Positions 26,999 through 42,831 are shown, counted from the first letter of the stretch. The stretch: DNA of 64,000 nucleotides from Eledone cirrhosa (GCA_964016885.1 OZ024742.1:134912001-134976000), one strand, 5' to 3'. Program-made: numbers and translations. Notes: generated by a model not told the origin, from the sequence alone.

Positions 26999-29315
26999 AC
27001 TCACCCTTCTTCTTTACATAAGTAGTCCGGTTGAGAACTTTGGCTTTTATTCGGCTCATTTAACTTCCGCTCAACGTGTTCCCTCACAGCGACAGTTTTT
27101 GTCGTACTTCATCTTTGGTGAGAGGTCGTGTGTCATTACAAATTTGAAGCTGCAACACTTAGTGATGTCGTCAACTGGATTTGTGCGAGTCGTTTATAAA
27201 AACCTTTTTTTACGTTTTTCCGTTCAAGCGTTGCGATTACCCTTTGATGACGTGCTCTAGCTTCCAATTACATACTGATATTACTTAACTACAGTGAATA
27301 CTACTTGCGGTTGGGAATATTATGAACAGACTGTAGCACAGGAATTGGGGACAGTCTAGATTTATATATTATACAATTATCCTTACCCACACGTAGCCGT
27401 TATACATACTGTTGACGTATACGTGTTTTTAGTTTGTTGTTCTAATGTATAAATCTCGTAATATCATTGAATGAGTATGTGACTGCCGGCGCTGTACAGA
27501 TTCACTTCGAAGAGCTTCGGAAACCAATATAAATGTACATACTCTCTCCAAAATCTAATGCTGTAGGTTTTCCTCTCAGCCTACGTTTTTACTCCACACA
27601 GTAACCCACTAATGTTGATATGTAATAATCTTGGAGGGAATGGAAATGACACGGGCACAGCCCTTAAATTTCTCATGGTTTCGAAAGAAACAAAAGAAAA
27701 ATATAAATAAAATATGAAATCTTCTTCAAAGTCTTCACTTAGATTTAGAATCCCATACTCTTTTCATTCGAAGAATAAAAGCATTTTGTTCATCCCTTCA
27801 AATTCTTCTCCATGAACAGACGTGCCTAAAATATCCTAATATATATAAATATACATATTTGTATATCTAACTATGTATCTTTACAATGGTTACTCGCATT
27901 TATCAGTTGCATTACAACCACTTCTAATTTGTAAGTGCTGTAGATAAATATAAAGGTTATAAGTTACTGGGCAATTATGAATTCAGAATTTGAAAAGAAG
28001 CCATCAGATCCATAAAATCTGAAAGCAATAAAGACAAAATTATTATGTTACAAATGTTATAAATATGGACGCATCGTGACAGAATGTTTAACAAGTCCGC
28101 TTCGCAATCATTAATCCTGGGTTCGAGTGCTAATTGTTGTCTCTTGGGCATCTGTCACGTACCATAGCTTCGTTTGGAACCATGTATTGAGAGCAAAGCT
28201 GAATAGAGAGAAACGGTTTGGAAGGTCTCGGTGTAGACAACATATAACATTAAATGGGCCAACGTTGTTACGCATTATCATGGTGAGTATCTTTCAGAAT
28301 TATCTAAGTTTAAATGTATATTTGGAATGCTCGGCATATCGCTTTTTTTCCGATGACCTACTGTTCTATTGAACGTACAACAGAAACATTAATCTTGAGA
28401 ATAGAATTCTGTCTATTTTAACGCCCTATACACGAGAAGCTCAGAGTGAGCCAACTCACTCACTGCAGTAGGTGTTTGAAGTTTTAAAACAGTTCTTTAA
28501 AGCAGGCTGCAATAATATATAATCCCTTTATTTCTGAACGTGATTACATTTTGGGATATTTTCTGGTAATCCAGACATTTTATGAGAATGAATGATATAA
28601 TTGGAATGGACATGCCAGGCTGTCTGCTTTGTGTGTTTAGTTTTGGTAATCAATAGTAAATATTGGATGCTATCTAATTTGGAGGAAATTTTAGAAAATT
28701 TTTCTGCCAAACTTTCGGCGGTAGCAAGGGTTCAGCTTTAAGCAAATTAATTGGCAGATTACCGGTTACATATTAGTCGATTTTGCCTTGACGTCCTACA
28801 GTGATTAGTCACCACCTCCCCTGTATACTGTGGTGTAATTATGTGTTGTGATATGAAAAATACGTATTATAGTTAGATATAAGTAAAATATTATATTTCA
28901 TAGCAAATCATAACTATGGAGCTGATATTAGAGAGCACATTATTACAAAATTAGGCAGATTTTATCGTAATTGGATATGCTCTGAAAATTGACAAATTAT
29001 TAAGCTTTTTTACATTATAATTGATGATTATATCGGTTGATTACATTTTAACTTTTTTTAGTAAGTTAAATAATATTATAACAGGAACATTTCTGATCAA
29101 ACATGCAATCGAAACTGATGTCAGTTATGATGGTTTCGTATATTTTGTTTGACCAGGTTTAACTAGCAGGGAATTAACCCCATGGATATTCACAATTAAT
29201 TTCTGGTGTAGTACATCAAAGTGTGGGGAATAATATGTTCGGGGTGTATTTCTACATGTTTTATTTTCAGAATGTTACTGTCATTCGTGGATTTCTTGTT
29301 TCAGCATCTAAAATA

Positions 29316-29392
29316 ATTGTTTCTACTTTTGGCACTAGGCTAGCAATTACCCAGTACATTACTGGTACTTTATTTTATCGACCTCGTAATGA
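29316..29392 (-). mobile_element. SINE family 1, 3' fragment
   Basis: Matches the SINE tail. Confidence 0.8.
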
Positions 29393-31182
29393 TAAAGCAC
29401 TAATGACTAATTCTGAAAAACAATTCATCGTCAAAAGAGAGGATATCGATTAATCGGTAAAATGAATGATTATATACTAATTAACCAGTAAAATACCTGA
29501 TACCGATTATATACTAAGTAATGGGTAGGAATACCAATTGTGTTATTTTGAAAGTTGCATTTACGAAATGTAATTCTGCAAGGTATTATAAATCCTTTGT
29601 AATTGGCGATAATAATATCACCAAGTAAAACTTTTAATAATAATATCACCAAGTAAAACTTTTATTTATAAAACTAAAATATGAGCCTGTTGAGTATAAA
29701 TAAAGCACCTCGATATCCTTTGAAACATATATAGCCTGACCTCGCGACAAGATCTAGCCTTGAAATATGTCATATATATTTTTCTTATTGTATTTATCTC
29801 TAAACCTAATCTTCGATCACCCATTACAATATGTATAAATTATTATATTGCTTTTCTTCAATGTTTCAATAAATCATGTTTTGGGGTTTTAATTGCATTG
29901 ATGTCATTGTCCCACCGACAACTCCCCCCCCCCCATATCAGCTGTACTTAACCCAAGGCATCAAAGTGAAAACAATGAGACATTCCAACACGTATAACAC
30001 AATGAGAGATTGCAACATATTGCTCGTAAAACTCCAACACCATCTTTACTACAACCACACCTACTACTGCTAGCAATAGCGCTACAACCACCAACACTAC
30101 TACTATCTTAGAAGATATTTTCTCGCCGCTTCTACAAATACTATTACAACTATATATTTTGCCACGACTACTGAGGTGGGACAGCAGTAATTGAGACATA
30201 GCAGCGGGTGGAGTCAGGACTATTTTTGATCTTGTGGATGTGGGTGTTATTAATGCTGTCTGAGAAGGTGTACTTGTGGTTCTTGCGGTTGTTACAGTTA
30301 TATTCCTAGTTGTTGGTGAGGCTAACGGCGGTAGAGATGGCACTGTTGCCGATGGAGTTGTGGATGTGAATATCACTGCCACTCTCACCACCATGGTCGC
30401 TCTACTGTCACACCCAACCCACCCTAGCTAGATAATGTATGCTCTAGATCGTTTAACCTATCAATTAGGTTTTACGACAACACAGCACCACTTAGTCATC
30501 CCCCCTGACTGGGTTCCATAGCAGTGTTCAAAGAAGCATGACCTCGCCCGACGTCATACTATTACTGTCCCCATCGCCGCAGTCGTTGTTGTTATAATTG
30601 TCATTGATAATGTTATAGCTGTTTACATAATCATCAAAAGCTTTTGCTTCATTTCTATTTCGTTTCTTTCTTCACTACTTTAACTTTCTGTTCTTTCATT
30701 TTTTTGGTATTTCTTTACTTTTTCATTTGTTTAACATGTTTTAATTCTAAATATACATTTGCATTTTATTTTTGTTATTGCATTTATATATTTGCATTTC
30801 GTAACTTACCCATCTGTCTATCTTTTTATCTATCCATCTCCCTTCCCCAATATATGTGTACAGAAAGGGATCACTTGACTTGTTCAACTGATAGAATTGA
30901 TTCTGCGCCTATAGACGCATATTTGATGAAATGTCGGTGGAGAATCAGGCCCCGAAGATTATGATCGAACTACGAGTTAATCGATATCGAAAGAATTATC
31001 ATATGCAATAACATTCATTTATGGTGCAACGATGCCTTCGTTCCTGCTCACTTGGATTTGCAGTCTACATGTACTGCCAGGTTAGCCCTGAAGTATAAAC
31101 CAACTAGAGAGGGAAGCACGTAACAGTATTGCATGCTTTAAACGACCTATCACATGTAACTATAGTTACACACATATCTACC

Positions 31183-31218
<36 letters not shown>

Positions 31219-31222
<4 letters not shown>

Positions 31223-32422
31223 ATTAATGCTCTGAAATAGCGATATATATGTGAATATAGACATAGAATATTCGAAAATATTCTGTATGTTTATAATAAA
31301 CATTTTGAAGACCTAATCGCTATAGAATAGAATACGTCACGTATTACAATTAGATTCTCGATAAAAGCAAGGGAAGTAATCTACGCGTTTCATTCTTGTT
31401 AGAAATCTTCAGGACCACATATCCAGTGCTTTTATCGAGAATGACACAGCTAGAGACTTATAGAATACTTAGCTGTGTACAGGAACTGGTTTGAAAGAGC
31501 GATTGCCGGTCCGGCAGAAATTAGAAATTGGAATTAATGCTCTGAAATAGCGATATATATGTGAATATAGACATAGAATATTCGAAAATATTCTGTATGT
31601 TTATAATAAACATTTTGAAGACCTAATCGCTATAGAATAGAATACGTCACGTATTACAATTAGATTCTCGATAAAAGCAAGGGAAGTAATCTACGCGTTT
31701 CATTCTTGTTAGAAATCTTCAGGACCACATATCCAGTGCTTTTATCGAGAATGACACAGCTAGAGACTTATAGAATACTTAGCTGTGTACAGGAACTGGT
31801 TTGAAAGAGCGATTGCCGGTCCGGCAGAAATTAGAAATTGGAATTAATGCTCTGAAATAGCGATATATATGTGAATATAGACATAGGATATTCGAAAATA
31901 TTCTGTATGTTTATAATAAACATTTCGATAAAAGCACTGGATATGTGGTCCTGAAGATTTCTAACAAGAATGAAACGCGTAGATATACTTCCCTTGCTTT
32001 TATCGAGAATGTAATTGTAATACGTGACGTATTCTATTCTATAGCGATTAGGTCTTCAAAATGTTTATTATAAACATACAGAATATTTTCGAATATTCTA
32101 TGTCTATATTCACATATATATCGCTATTTCAGAGCATTAATTCCAATTTCTAATTTCTGCCGGACCGGCAATCGCTCTTTCAAACCAGTTCCTGTACACA
32201 GCTAAGTATTCTATAAGTCTCTAGCTGTGTCATTCTCGATAAAAGCACTGGATATGTGGTCCTGAAGATTTCTAACAAGAATGAAACGCGTAGATTACTT
32301 CCCTTGCTTTTATCGAGAATCTAATTGTAATACGTGACGCATTCTATTCTATAGCGATTAGGTCTTCAAAATGTTTATTATAAACATACAGAATATTTTC
32401 GAATATTCTATGTCTATATTCA
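31219..32422. repeat. 310-bp hammerhead-containing tandem repeat in two opposed blocks, within (TA)n
   Basis: Units at 31219-31528, 31529-31838 and a partial unit to 31925; then ~1.6 inverted units at 31926-32422; copies almost identical. Confidence 0.95.
32256..32298 (+). ncRNA. Minimal type I hammerhead ribozyme (also 31945-31988 plus, 31376-31418 minus, 31686-31728 minus)
   Basis: GTGGTC CTGAAGA TTTCT aaca AGAAT GAAA CGCG TA GATTAC; helix I is extended by ATTCTCGATAAAAGCA/TGCTTTTATCGAGAAT. Confidence 0.85.
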
Positions 32423-32449
32423 TATATATATATATATATATATATAGAA

Positions 32450-34905
32450 ATTGTAGATATATAATTTTGATATCATTATGGGATCATCTGACTCGGCGCA
32501 AGTAACGGACCTCGTTGGATTATTTATTAATAATGTACTGCATAGGAAAATGCCAGAGATTACCGGAGGTTCATATCTCGACGATATGTTACTTTTAATT
32601 GAAAATCATAGCAATAGTGAAATGAATAGGAAAAGGAAATCCATAATACAATTTTTCAACAACTACAACCTTAATTTAGAAATCGAAAATAATTAAAAAA
32701 TCGTTAACTTCTTAGATGTAACCTAAAACCATAGCACAGGTTTTTACTATCCATTCCATAAAAATTAACGAAAGTCTAAATTACGTAAGTTTCAATTCTA
32801 ATCATCCTAGAAATATAAAAAAACACTATTGTCCAACAGCGGATTTCACGTATCTCTGCTAATAAAAATATTGTTGATGATAAGGCAGAATATTACAATG
32901 AGGCTTTATATAGAGCAGGATGTTCGAATAAAATTAAATACATAGATAACAATAACATGACAAATCATAATAGAATTCATTATAATAACCATAATCAATT
33001 TAACTTAAATACAAAACCAAACAAAAAACTAGAACTAGAAATATTATTTGGTACTTTCGCCCATTCTCATTAAGCGTTAAAACAAAGCTATTTTTTAAAG
33101 CAATAGATACATGTTTTCCTATGGCCTATGAACATATCACACAATATAAATAGAATCAAATAATAGAAACTTAAATTTAAACCCTAACCAAACAAACCAA
33201 GATAGCAATAATAATATTTCTAACAACAATATTCATAATAATAGTACCGTTCTGAATATCAACAACTCCAGGAAAAATGTAACTTGTAGAATTAAATCAA
33301 ACTGCCCTTTACAAAATAATTGCTTAGACAAAACGTAATTTATAAATCCACAGTTAAAACTAGAGACAAAATATTTAACTATATTGGTGCCACTTCTACA
33401 AAATTCAAAGAACGCTGGTATAACCATCAACTCACATTTAATAGAACCGATAAAAAATCTTCCACTTCACTTTCACATTTAATTTAGAATTTAAAAGACA
33501 ACAATATAGACTATTCAATATCTTGGGGAACGATTTCGAAAGCACCTGCATATCGAAATATGGCTTTCTCAAGATTCTGTAACTTGTGTATCCAGGACAT
33601 TTTTTTATATAATTAACTGTCAAAAGTCTATTAATTTAAGAACAGAATTATTTTCTAGTTGCAGACATCGCCAAAATTCCACTTTCAGAAGTATATTTTA
33701 TTTATCATATTCATTACACTTGACTATATATTATACACCTTTAAAATGATTCTGTTATTTACTGAGTAATTTCTTTAAAAATTAAATTTAAATTTTTTTT
33801 AACTGATCTTCCTTCTTAATTTTTAATAATTTTACTATTTTTACTATTTGACATTATTTTCTTAATTATACTGCTCCAAATATATTTTTTTAGATGTAGA
33901 TTGATAATCTTTAATTGATATTCTGAAAGTTATCCTCTTTGCGATAGTTTTTTGAAATGCGCAATACTTTTTTCCTCTTCTTTGATCTTCAAACTTTCAG
34001 ACAACTTTCGACTATAATACTATATAATTGAAATTAATTTCACACTAAAATAATATATAATTTTCTCTATATATTTTCATCAAATTTAACGGTTAGCAAA
34101 CAAGATTGGAGTTATCTTTTCCTTTTCAATCGAGTAAACATAAACATTATAATATAATATGTATGATATAACTTCGCTAAATTAACAATATTTTGAAAAC
34201 ATTTTCAATGTTCGTACAAAATATTTGAATCTATATATTGTTCTCCTCTTACAACTTGAATTACGCGTTTTTTTAATGTAAAATGTAGAATCAACATCAT
34301 TCGTAACTCGTATGAGAAATGTAAACAACTAATAATTGTAACATTTCTATTTCTATAATACTTATACATGCACAATTATTAATCTATATAGATATTTATA
34401 TATTTACAACCTGTTGTAATCTAATAAGATAAAATCTAGTTACAACCATAATTCTTCATATAATGTAATTGATTATATATTCAATATTATAACTCATAAT
34501 ACAGCTAAATACATTTTAAATTCTGGAATCATATTCCACCATTCCTGCAAATTGTTAATTCCTTTCAAATTAACGTAAACACAAGCTCTTCTTTCTTTCT
34601 TTTATCCTAATTATTTAAATTCTGCATAGCGTCTAAAAATAACGTTTTTTCAGCCCTATACCTCAACCTCATTTGCATACTCACCTTAATAATTTGAAAT
34701 ATCTAAGTTTTCTTCTATTTTCCTTCACTATCCAGGAAAGACTTGAACCGTTAAGGTATTTTTCTTCGTTATGTCAATATTTATAAAACAACCTTTGTAT
34801 TTAATCTGATGAGAGCGTACCAAAGATTTAGTACCCTTGAAATATATATAATAGAATAAATATGGTTTTATAAATATAGTTTCCATTTATTTAATATCAT
34901 TGTAT
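32450..34905 (+). mobile_element. 5'-truncated Penelope-like element (RT C-terminal half, GIY-YIG, 3' UTR/pLTR)
   Basis: MGSSDSAQVTDLVG...GGSYLDD, VNFLDVT, CPLQNNCL and FSSCRH in broken frames; the 3' end carries a hammerhead at 34798-34858 followed by a short (TA)n. Confidence 0.9.
34798..34858 (+). ncRNA. Minimal hammerhead ribozyme at the PLE 3' end
   Basis: CTGATGA GAG-C-GTAC..GTAC-C-CTT GAAA T ATAT A TA ATAGAATA. Confidence 0.75.
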
Positions 34906-35009
34906 ATATATATTTTTTTTTTTGAAACGATCGACTTTCGTCAAATCGGACCGAGGGAACAATGTTTCCGTTGGTCTTTGCAATTGCTAATACTATCTAT
35001 CGGTCGCAA

Positions 35010-35383
<374 letters not shown>

Positions 35384-35516
35384 TTCTATTTAAAATTTAA
35401 ATTGTTGGGATACAACAAGCAAATATTTTATATAACTGATATAAAGCATTCAACAAATTATTGGAGTGAAACTACGATATATTAACAAATGGAAACTATA
35501 TTTATAAAACCATATT

Positions 35517-35581
35517 TATTTCATTATACATATTTCAAGGACACCAAGTTAAATTATGGTGTGCTTTCGTCAGATAAAATA
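35517..35581 (-). ncRNA. Minimal hammerhead ribozyme (CUGACGA) in pLTR-like element 35383-35655
   Basis: Reverse complement reads TATTTTAT CTGACGA AAG-C-ACACCA..TGGTGT-C-CTT GAAA TATGTATA ATGAAATA. Confidence 0.8.
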
Positions 35582-36389
35582 TAATATAGATCAGTTTTAT
35601 GAATAAATATTGACATACCCTTAAAGAATGCGACCATTTCTGTTGGAAGCTCCGCGATACTGGGATTATTAAATTTATTTATTCTATTATGAAAATTAGT
35701 GTCGGATATGTTTAAATCACAGTAGATTTAAAATAAGCCGTTGGGGTATGGAGAAAGGGAAAGAAAATAAAGAGAAAAAAAAGAGAAAAAAAGAGAAAAA
35801 AGAGAAAAAAGAGCAAACTCTAAGAGGAAAATAAGAAAACAAGAAAAAGAGAAAGACAAAGAGAAGAAATAAAGAAAAGAGAAAAAGAGAAAGAGAAAGA
35901 GAAAGCTCTAAGTGATAGGTTGTTGTATTAGCGTGACTTTTAAGATGAAGTTAAAAAATAAATATTTATTGGATGAGTAAAGAAGAGTAAATAAGCGTGA
36001 ATAGAAAATAAATAAATAATAATAACTGGAGAATTTTAACAAGTGTTTAAATATGATTAAATGTTTAGTTTATCAATTAAATTAGCAATTAAATTATTGA
36101 GATCTATACATTAAAATTGAGATCTATATATTATTAAAAAATCTATATATTATTAAAAGAATATATTCATATATATACATACGCACACATATACATATAA
36201 ATATATATATATACCTACACATACATATACATACATACAAATAAAGGACTTTTTATGTTTAAGATATAGGAATTTTTCTAAACTTATACATTTTTCGGAG
36301 AAAACGGAGAAAAAACCGGAGACAATCATTTCTATGTAACAGCAAAACAGCGTGAAGGAAATTAAGTTATTTACTTATATTAAATGTTA

Positions 36390-36477
36390 TTGCCTTTCAT
36401 CCTTACGGGGTCGATAAAATAAAGTACCAGTAATGTACTGGGTAATTGCTGGCCTTGTGCCAAAAGTAGAAACAATT
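36390..36477 (+). mobile_element. SINE family 1, 5'-truncated
   Basis: Core plus tail, flanked by duplicated TAAATGTTAT. Confidence 0.85.
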
Positions 36478-36780
36478 AAATGTTATAAATGTTAAGATAA
36501 TAAGGTAATTTTAAGATTATACAAACCTTATATTATTATACAAACCTTATATTATTATACAAACCTTATATTATTTAATAGATTTTATACATTTTATATC
36601 TAATAAATCCACCTGTTATGTAGTTGTGACTGTTATTATATAAGTTTGTTTATCATAAACCGTAAGAAATCCCTTATAACCGAGTGCATTCGAATTGTAT
36701 GCATATATACATATACACAACCTCCACATAGATACACATACACATATCGGTAGACATGCATCATACATATATATATATAA

Positions 36781-38086
<1,306 letters not shown>

Positions 38087-38544
38087 AGAGAGAGAAATAT
38101 AAAGTACATAGTATAATTAAGTACATAATATATAAAATAAAATAAAAATGAATTATAGTTTTAAAAGGAATTACGATTTGGAAATATATTCTTACAATTA
38201 TAAGCAATATAACTTTAAAGAAATATAATTTTAAAATAAGAATATGTCTAAAAAATTCAGTATAAAAATTTAAATTTTTTTTATATATAATATTTAACTC
38301 TCAGTATGTTTAAATTAATTTTTATAACCATATGGGAAATTTTCAAAGAAAAAGAAAGAGAAACTTTCAAAAATAGGAGAAACTTTCAAAGAAAATATTT
38401 TCCCCTTTTAAGAGCTTTCAGTATGTTTACCTAGAAAAATATTTTAGGAAATTTTTTTTTATATTTGAGCGTTTTAAGCAGTCAAATGAAGGACTCTAAT
38501 GATTTATCGATAGGTTCAATATATTTAATAGAATTAATTATATA

Positions 38545-40676
38545 TTACATTTTAAATTTATATTTAAACGTTGACTTTAATCTATGTCTGCAGCAACTGA
38601 AAATATTGCTCCTTATGTTCAGGGAATTTTTGATTTTTAATATAAAGAATATTTCCTCTATACAAAGATCACAATTTTCTCAAGAGGAGTTAAAAGGAGT
38701 TGCTTATGAAATAATATTCCAAAGTAACGAATATTTAACGTTCTTTAATATAAGGTCCCATAATAAGCTAGATAGAGAAGTTGAAGATTGTTTGTTTAAA
38801 TGCGTAAAAGAGCTTTTAGGGTTATTAAAACGAGATTTAAATCTGTGGAAGTAGATCCTACATAATTAAATGTATTTAAATTAATTTTTACATTACAATT
38901 ATATACTATATTTTTAGCTAAGCAATTGTTATTTAACGGACAGTTAGATTTATTTCTACAGTTACATTTATCAACTTGGATATTTCTGGAGTTATTAGTG
39001 GTTTTTTGGTTCGGTTTTAAATTTCTATTATTAATTCTATTAATATTCTGCGCTAAATTTTTGGTGGATAAATAAGTTAATTTTATAGTATGTCTATTAA
39101 ATATTCAGTAATGTCTATGTGTTCTAGGGAAGCATTTGTCAAGAGCTTTAAAGAATAGTTTAGCAATAGGAGTTTTAATATTTAATGAGAAAGGAGGAGC
39201 GAACCATAATATATTCCTAGTTCTATTTCTTTTTTTGTTTTCCGAATTATTGTAAGGTTTTCTATTATAGTTGTTAAAATTGTTAAGATTATGGTTAGTT
39301 ATTATATTATTATTATCAATGTATTTAATTTTATTTCTAAATCCAGCTCTACCTAACGCTTCGTTGTAATAATGTGCTTTATCATCAAATATATTCTTAT
39401 TAGCTGAAATTCAAGAAATGCGTTGCTGTACATAATTCACTATAGTATTTTTAACGGATCTGGGGTGATTAGAGTTAAAACTAACATAGTTTAAGTTCTC
39501 GTTTAGTTTGTGAAATGGATAATGAAGACATGTGTTAAGGTTTAAGGTTACATCTAGAAAATTAACTATTTTATGGTTATTCTCTATTTATACTTTTAGA
39601 TTAAGGTAATTAAAAATTGTAAAATTTCTTTTCTTTTCCTATTTAATTCACAGTTATTATTTTCGATAAGTAATAGATTGTCGTCACGATATAAACCTCC
39701 GGTCATCTCAGGTATTTTTCTATGTAGAGAATTATTTATAAAAAGGCCCACAAGATCCGTTACCTGAGCGGAATCGGATGATCCCATAGTGATATCGAAA
39801 TTATTATTTCTATCTGCTCTAGTCCAGAGTTGGTTGTTAAATTCTATTAATGTTTTCCGTGCCGTTAAGATAATGGGCATTTCATTACTAGTTAAGTCTG
39901 TATGTTTAAATGCATATGTTAGTGCTATATTAAGTAGATTGGGAGTGATGGATGAATAAACTTGTTATTATAGTTATATTTAATTTCCTTAAACCATTCG
40001 ATAACTTCATTAGTTCCCTTCCATCATTTTAAATAAAATAATTCCTTAATTTGTGGTATTATTTTGTCTAAAATATTCTTGCTAAGTATGCCAAGGTCCG
40101 ATTTAGATGGTGCAATTAATATGATTGGTAATTCAGTTTCAAAGTTCCTTTTGTGGTCCTTCATATTAATTTTAGGTTTCCTTGGCATGAAGGGTTGTGT
40201 CCTATTTTCAATGCCTAATTCATGCATTATATAAGAGGCATCTGTATTCAATTTTTCAAGGTCGTCATTAGTTGTTATTTTGTATTTCTTCCTTAATTCC
40301 TTTAATATAAGATCGTTATAGATGTCCTTTTGTATTCCGTAAAGATTATTGGTTTTGTCTGACTTGACTAGAATTTTTTCCGTTTTCTCCAAGTTTTCAA
40401 TATTATTTTTGATATTTCTTAGGTAATCCTGGCCTATGAAGTTGTTTTTGAATTTGATGCTTTGGATCATAGATATGATATCATTTTCAAAATCCATTTG
40501 AAGATTTTATCAAGAGTGGAAACATTCTCATTTACATCAGATTTATCGAAGTGGAAAGCACGCCACCTGATTCTTCTTATAAAAGAGTCTGATTTTTCTA
40601 TTAATTGTTTAATAAAGTCTTTATTCCTATGTATAGGTATGTCCTTTAGAGAAGAAGAGATCTTAAAGAATTCCAT
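38545..40676 (-). pseudogene. Frameshifted Penelope-like element polyprotein (RT + GIY-YIG), Naiad-like
   Basis: MEFFKISSSLKDIP..FIRRIRWRAFHF; KSDKTNNLY; KDHK; FDITMGSSDSAQVTDLVG; GGLYRDD; CNCRNKSNCPLNNNCL; SCCRH. Confidence 0.92.
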
Positions 40677-40701
40677 TTTTTCAGTTATAATATAAAGAGC
40701 A

Positions 40702-40788
<87 letters not shown>

Positions 40789-40792
<4 letters not shown>

Positions 40793-41180
40793 TAAACGGA
40801 ATAGAAAATGCTGACAAATTGTTCACAGTTGAAAAATGGTTTAATTAGGAATAAAAGAGTATTAGTGATTGTATGGGTTAGTATTCAGTTGTGGTTTTAA
40901 GTTTTTAAGTTTTTACCGGTTGCGCATTTCTAAATGCTTTTCAAAAATAATTTTGAGATAGAGTGTCCGTGCTGTTTGCTCTGATCAGCAAACAGCACGG
41001 ACACTCTATCTCAAAATTATTTTTGAAAAGCATTTAGAAATGCGCAACCGGTAAAAACTTAAAAACTTAAAACCACAACTGAATACTAACCCATACAATC
41101 ACTAATACTCTTTTATTCCTAATTAAACCATTTTTCAACTGTGAACAATTTGTCAGCATTTTCTATTCCGTTTACCAATA
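40789..41180. repeat. Near-perfect palindrome (~190 bp arms) with degenerate hammerhead-like motif, upstream of the PLE ORF
   Basis: Centre TGTTTGCT-ctgatc-AGCAAACA at about 40983; the arms contain TTGAAAA GCATT taga AATGC GCAA CCGG TA. Confidence 0.9.
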
Positions 41181-41217
41181 TATAATAACTTGTGTGTTAC
41201 ACCTCTATTCTTTTAAC

Positions 41218-41270
<53 letters not shown>

Positions 41271-41514
41271 AGTGGTAGACTGGGTCTAAAAACAATGTTT
41301 GCCCGGAGATGAAGGGGGCTCACTTACATATAGAATGGTATTATTTAATGTCCATAATGAATAAATAACATTTTCGAAAAGAACATGAGTGGAAACAAAA
41401 TAGTGTAATCAAATTTTTAGAGAAAAATATCTTACCTTCTCTAATATAAAATATGTATTTTGCGATATCCAGAGACTATCAATAAAGACCAGAAGACGAC
41501 TCTAAATATTACTA

Positions 41515-41915
41515 ATAGTTTTAGGAAAGCCTTGAACGACACCACATCATTATAACTTTGATTTTGAAAGTAGGTTTATAATTATCAATTCTCATTACAC
41601 TTTTGTAGCTCTCTCGGTGGCCTAGTTCGAGGAATCATAGCCGGTGGTGGCCTTGGTCTGAAGCTTGATATTGGTAGGGAGTAGGGTTCCCGGTAAACCT
41701 TTTCAGTTTTTTCTATTGGTTGTAAAATAAAAAGTGAAAAAGATTACCTGTGCCTGCTGACCAGGATTGAACCCAACGTCAAGATCTCCACTATCTCTAG
41801 TACCTACCTCTAGGCCACGGAGACTACTACAAAAATCTTGTGAAATTCAAACTTATAAACCTACTTTCAACATTTTCAAAACAAATTATTACGGTGTCGT
41901 TCATGTCTTTCTTAA
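41515..41915. mobile_element. Old foldback element with tRNA-like (A/B box) sequence in the arms
   Basis: Diverged inverted arms (e.g. TTGAAAGTAGGTTTATAA / TTATAAACCTACTTTCAA); the minus arm has TGGCCTAGAGG and GGTTCAATCC. Confidence 0.6.
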
Positions 41916-42475
41916 TGTTATTGCTCCTACTTAAGGTCGACTTCTAAATCATTTTGGTGTTCCATAACCTACATCCTCGCTTTGTTTCACATCTATCTGG
42001 ACTACATTTTAAACTGTAATCCATGTTTCATTTCTGTTGCACTTTATTTATCCCCTCCTCTCTCCCTCTCTCTCTCTCTGATACTGTGACATTTGAATCT
42101 ACTATGATGTGGGCTTACCTTATTCCTATATATATGTTTTTGCATGTCAGTTGGATTCAAACTTACAACGATTGGCATTATATATACTAGCAGAAAAAAC
42201 ATCCGCGTGTGGTTTTCTGCTAGCATGTGTAATGTGTACATTGATAATATACACAAATATATATGCATGTAAATATGATACATCAAAGAAAATCGTAATT
42301 GACAATATACACAGAAATTGAAAAAAGCCTATGTTACACTGTCTTCTGTAATCAGTAATCCATAATATATATTTAAAAAAAAGACGACATTATATATAAA
42401 CTGCATTGGGAGAAAATTAGCGACGGAAATATATGCGATTAAAGTGTTATAATATAATGGCCGCTAACCTGAAGT

Positions 42476-42753
42476 GTTGACATTTGATAATTTTAAAGAA
42501 GTGAGTTTTAAACATTAAGCTATAGAATATATTTAATCAACAACCACGAAATTTAGCACATAACTTATGTAATATTCATTCATTATTTATAGAAAGTAAT
42601 GAATGAATATTACATAAGTTATGTGCTAAATTTCGTGGTTGTTGATTAAATATATTCTATAGCTTAATGTTTAAAACTCACTTCTTTAAAATTATCAAAT
42701 GTCAACTGCTGGCCTTGTGCCAAAAGTAGAAACAATTATTTATAGAAAGTAAT
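42476..42753. mobile_element. SINE 3' tail fused to an inverted copy of flanking DNA, with 19-bp TSD
   Basis: 42598-42706 inverts 42476-42584; SINE tail at 42706-42737; ATTATTTATAGAAAGTAAT at 42582-42600 and 42735-42753. Confidence 0.85.
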
Positions 42754-42831
42754 CCAACTTATTTTACAAACGGGGTAAAAAAAAATATTATGGATGCAAT
42801 CCCGCATACCTTCCTTTATTATAGTTAAGAT

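Noticed and set aside
27000-27800. Possible decayed LINE RT fragment
   Set aside because: Only a vague QGC-like resemblance; not supportable.
31219-31925. CRISPR-like regular repeats
   Set aside because: Whole 310-bp units repeat with no unique spacers, and the context is eukaryotic.
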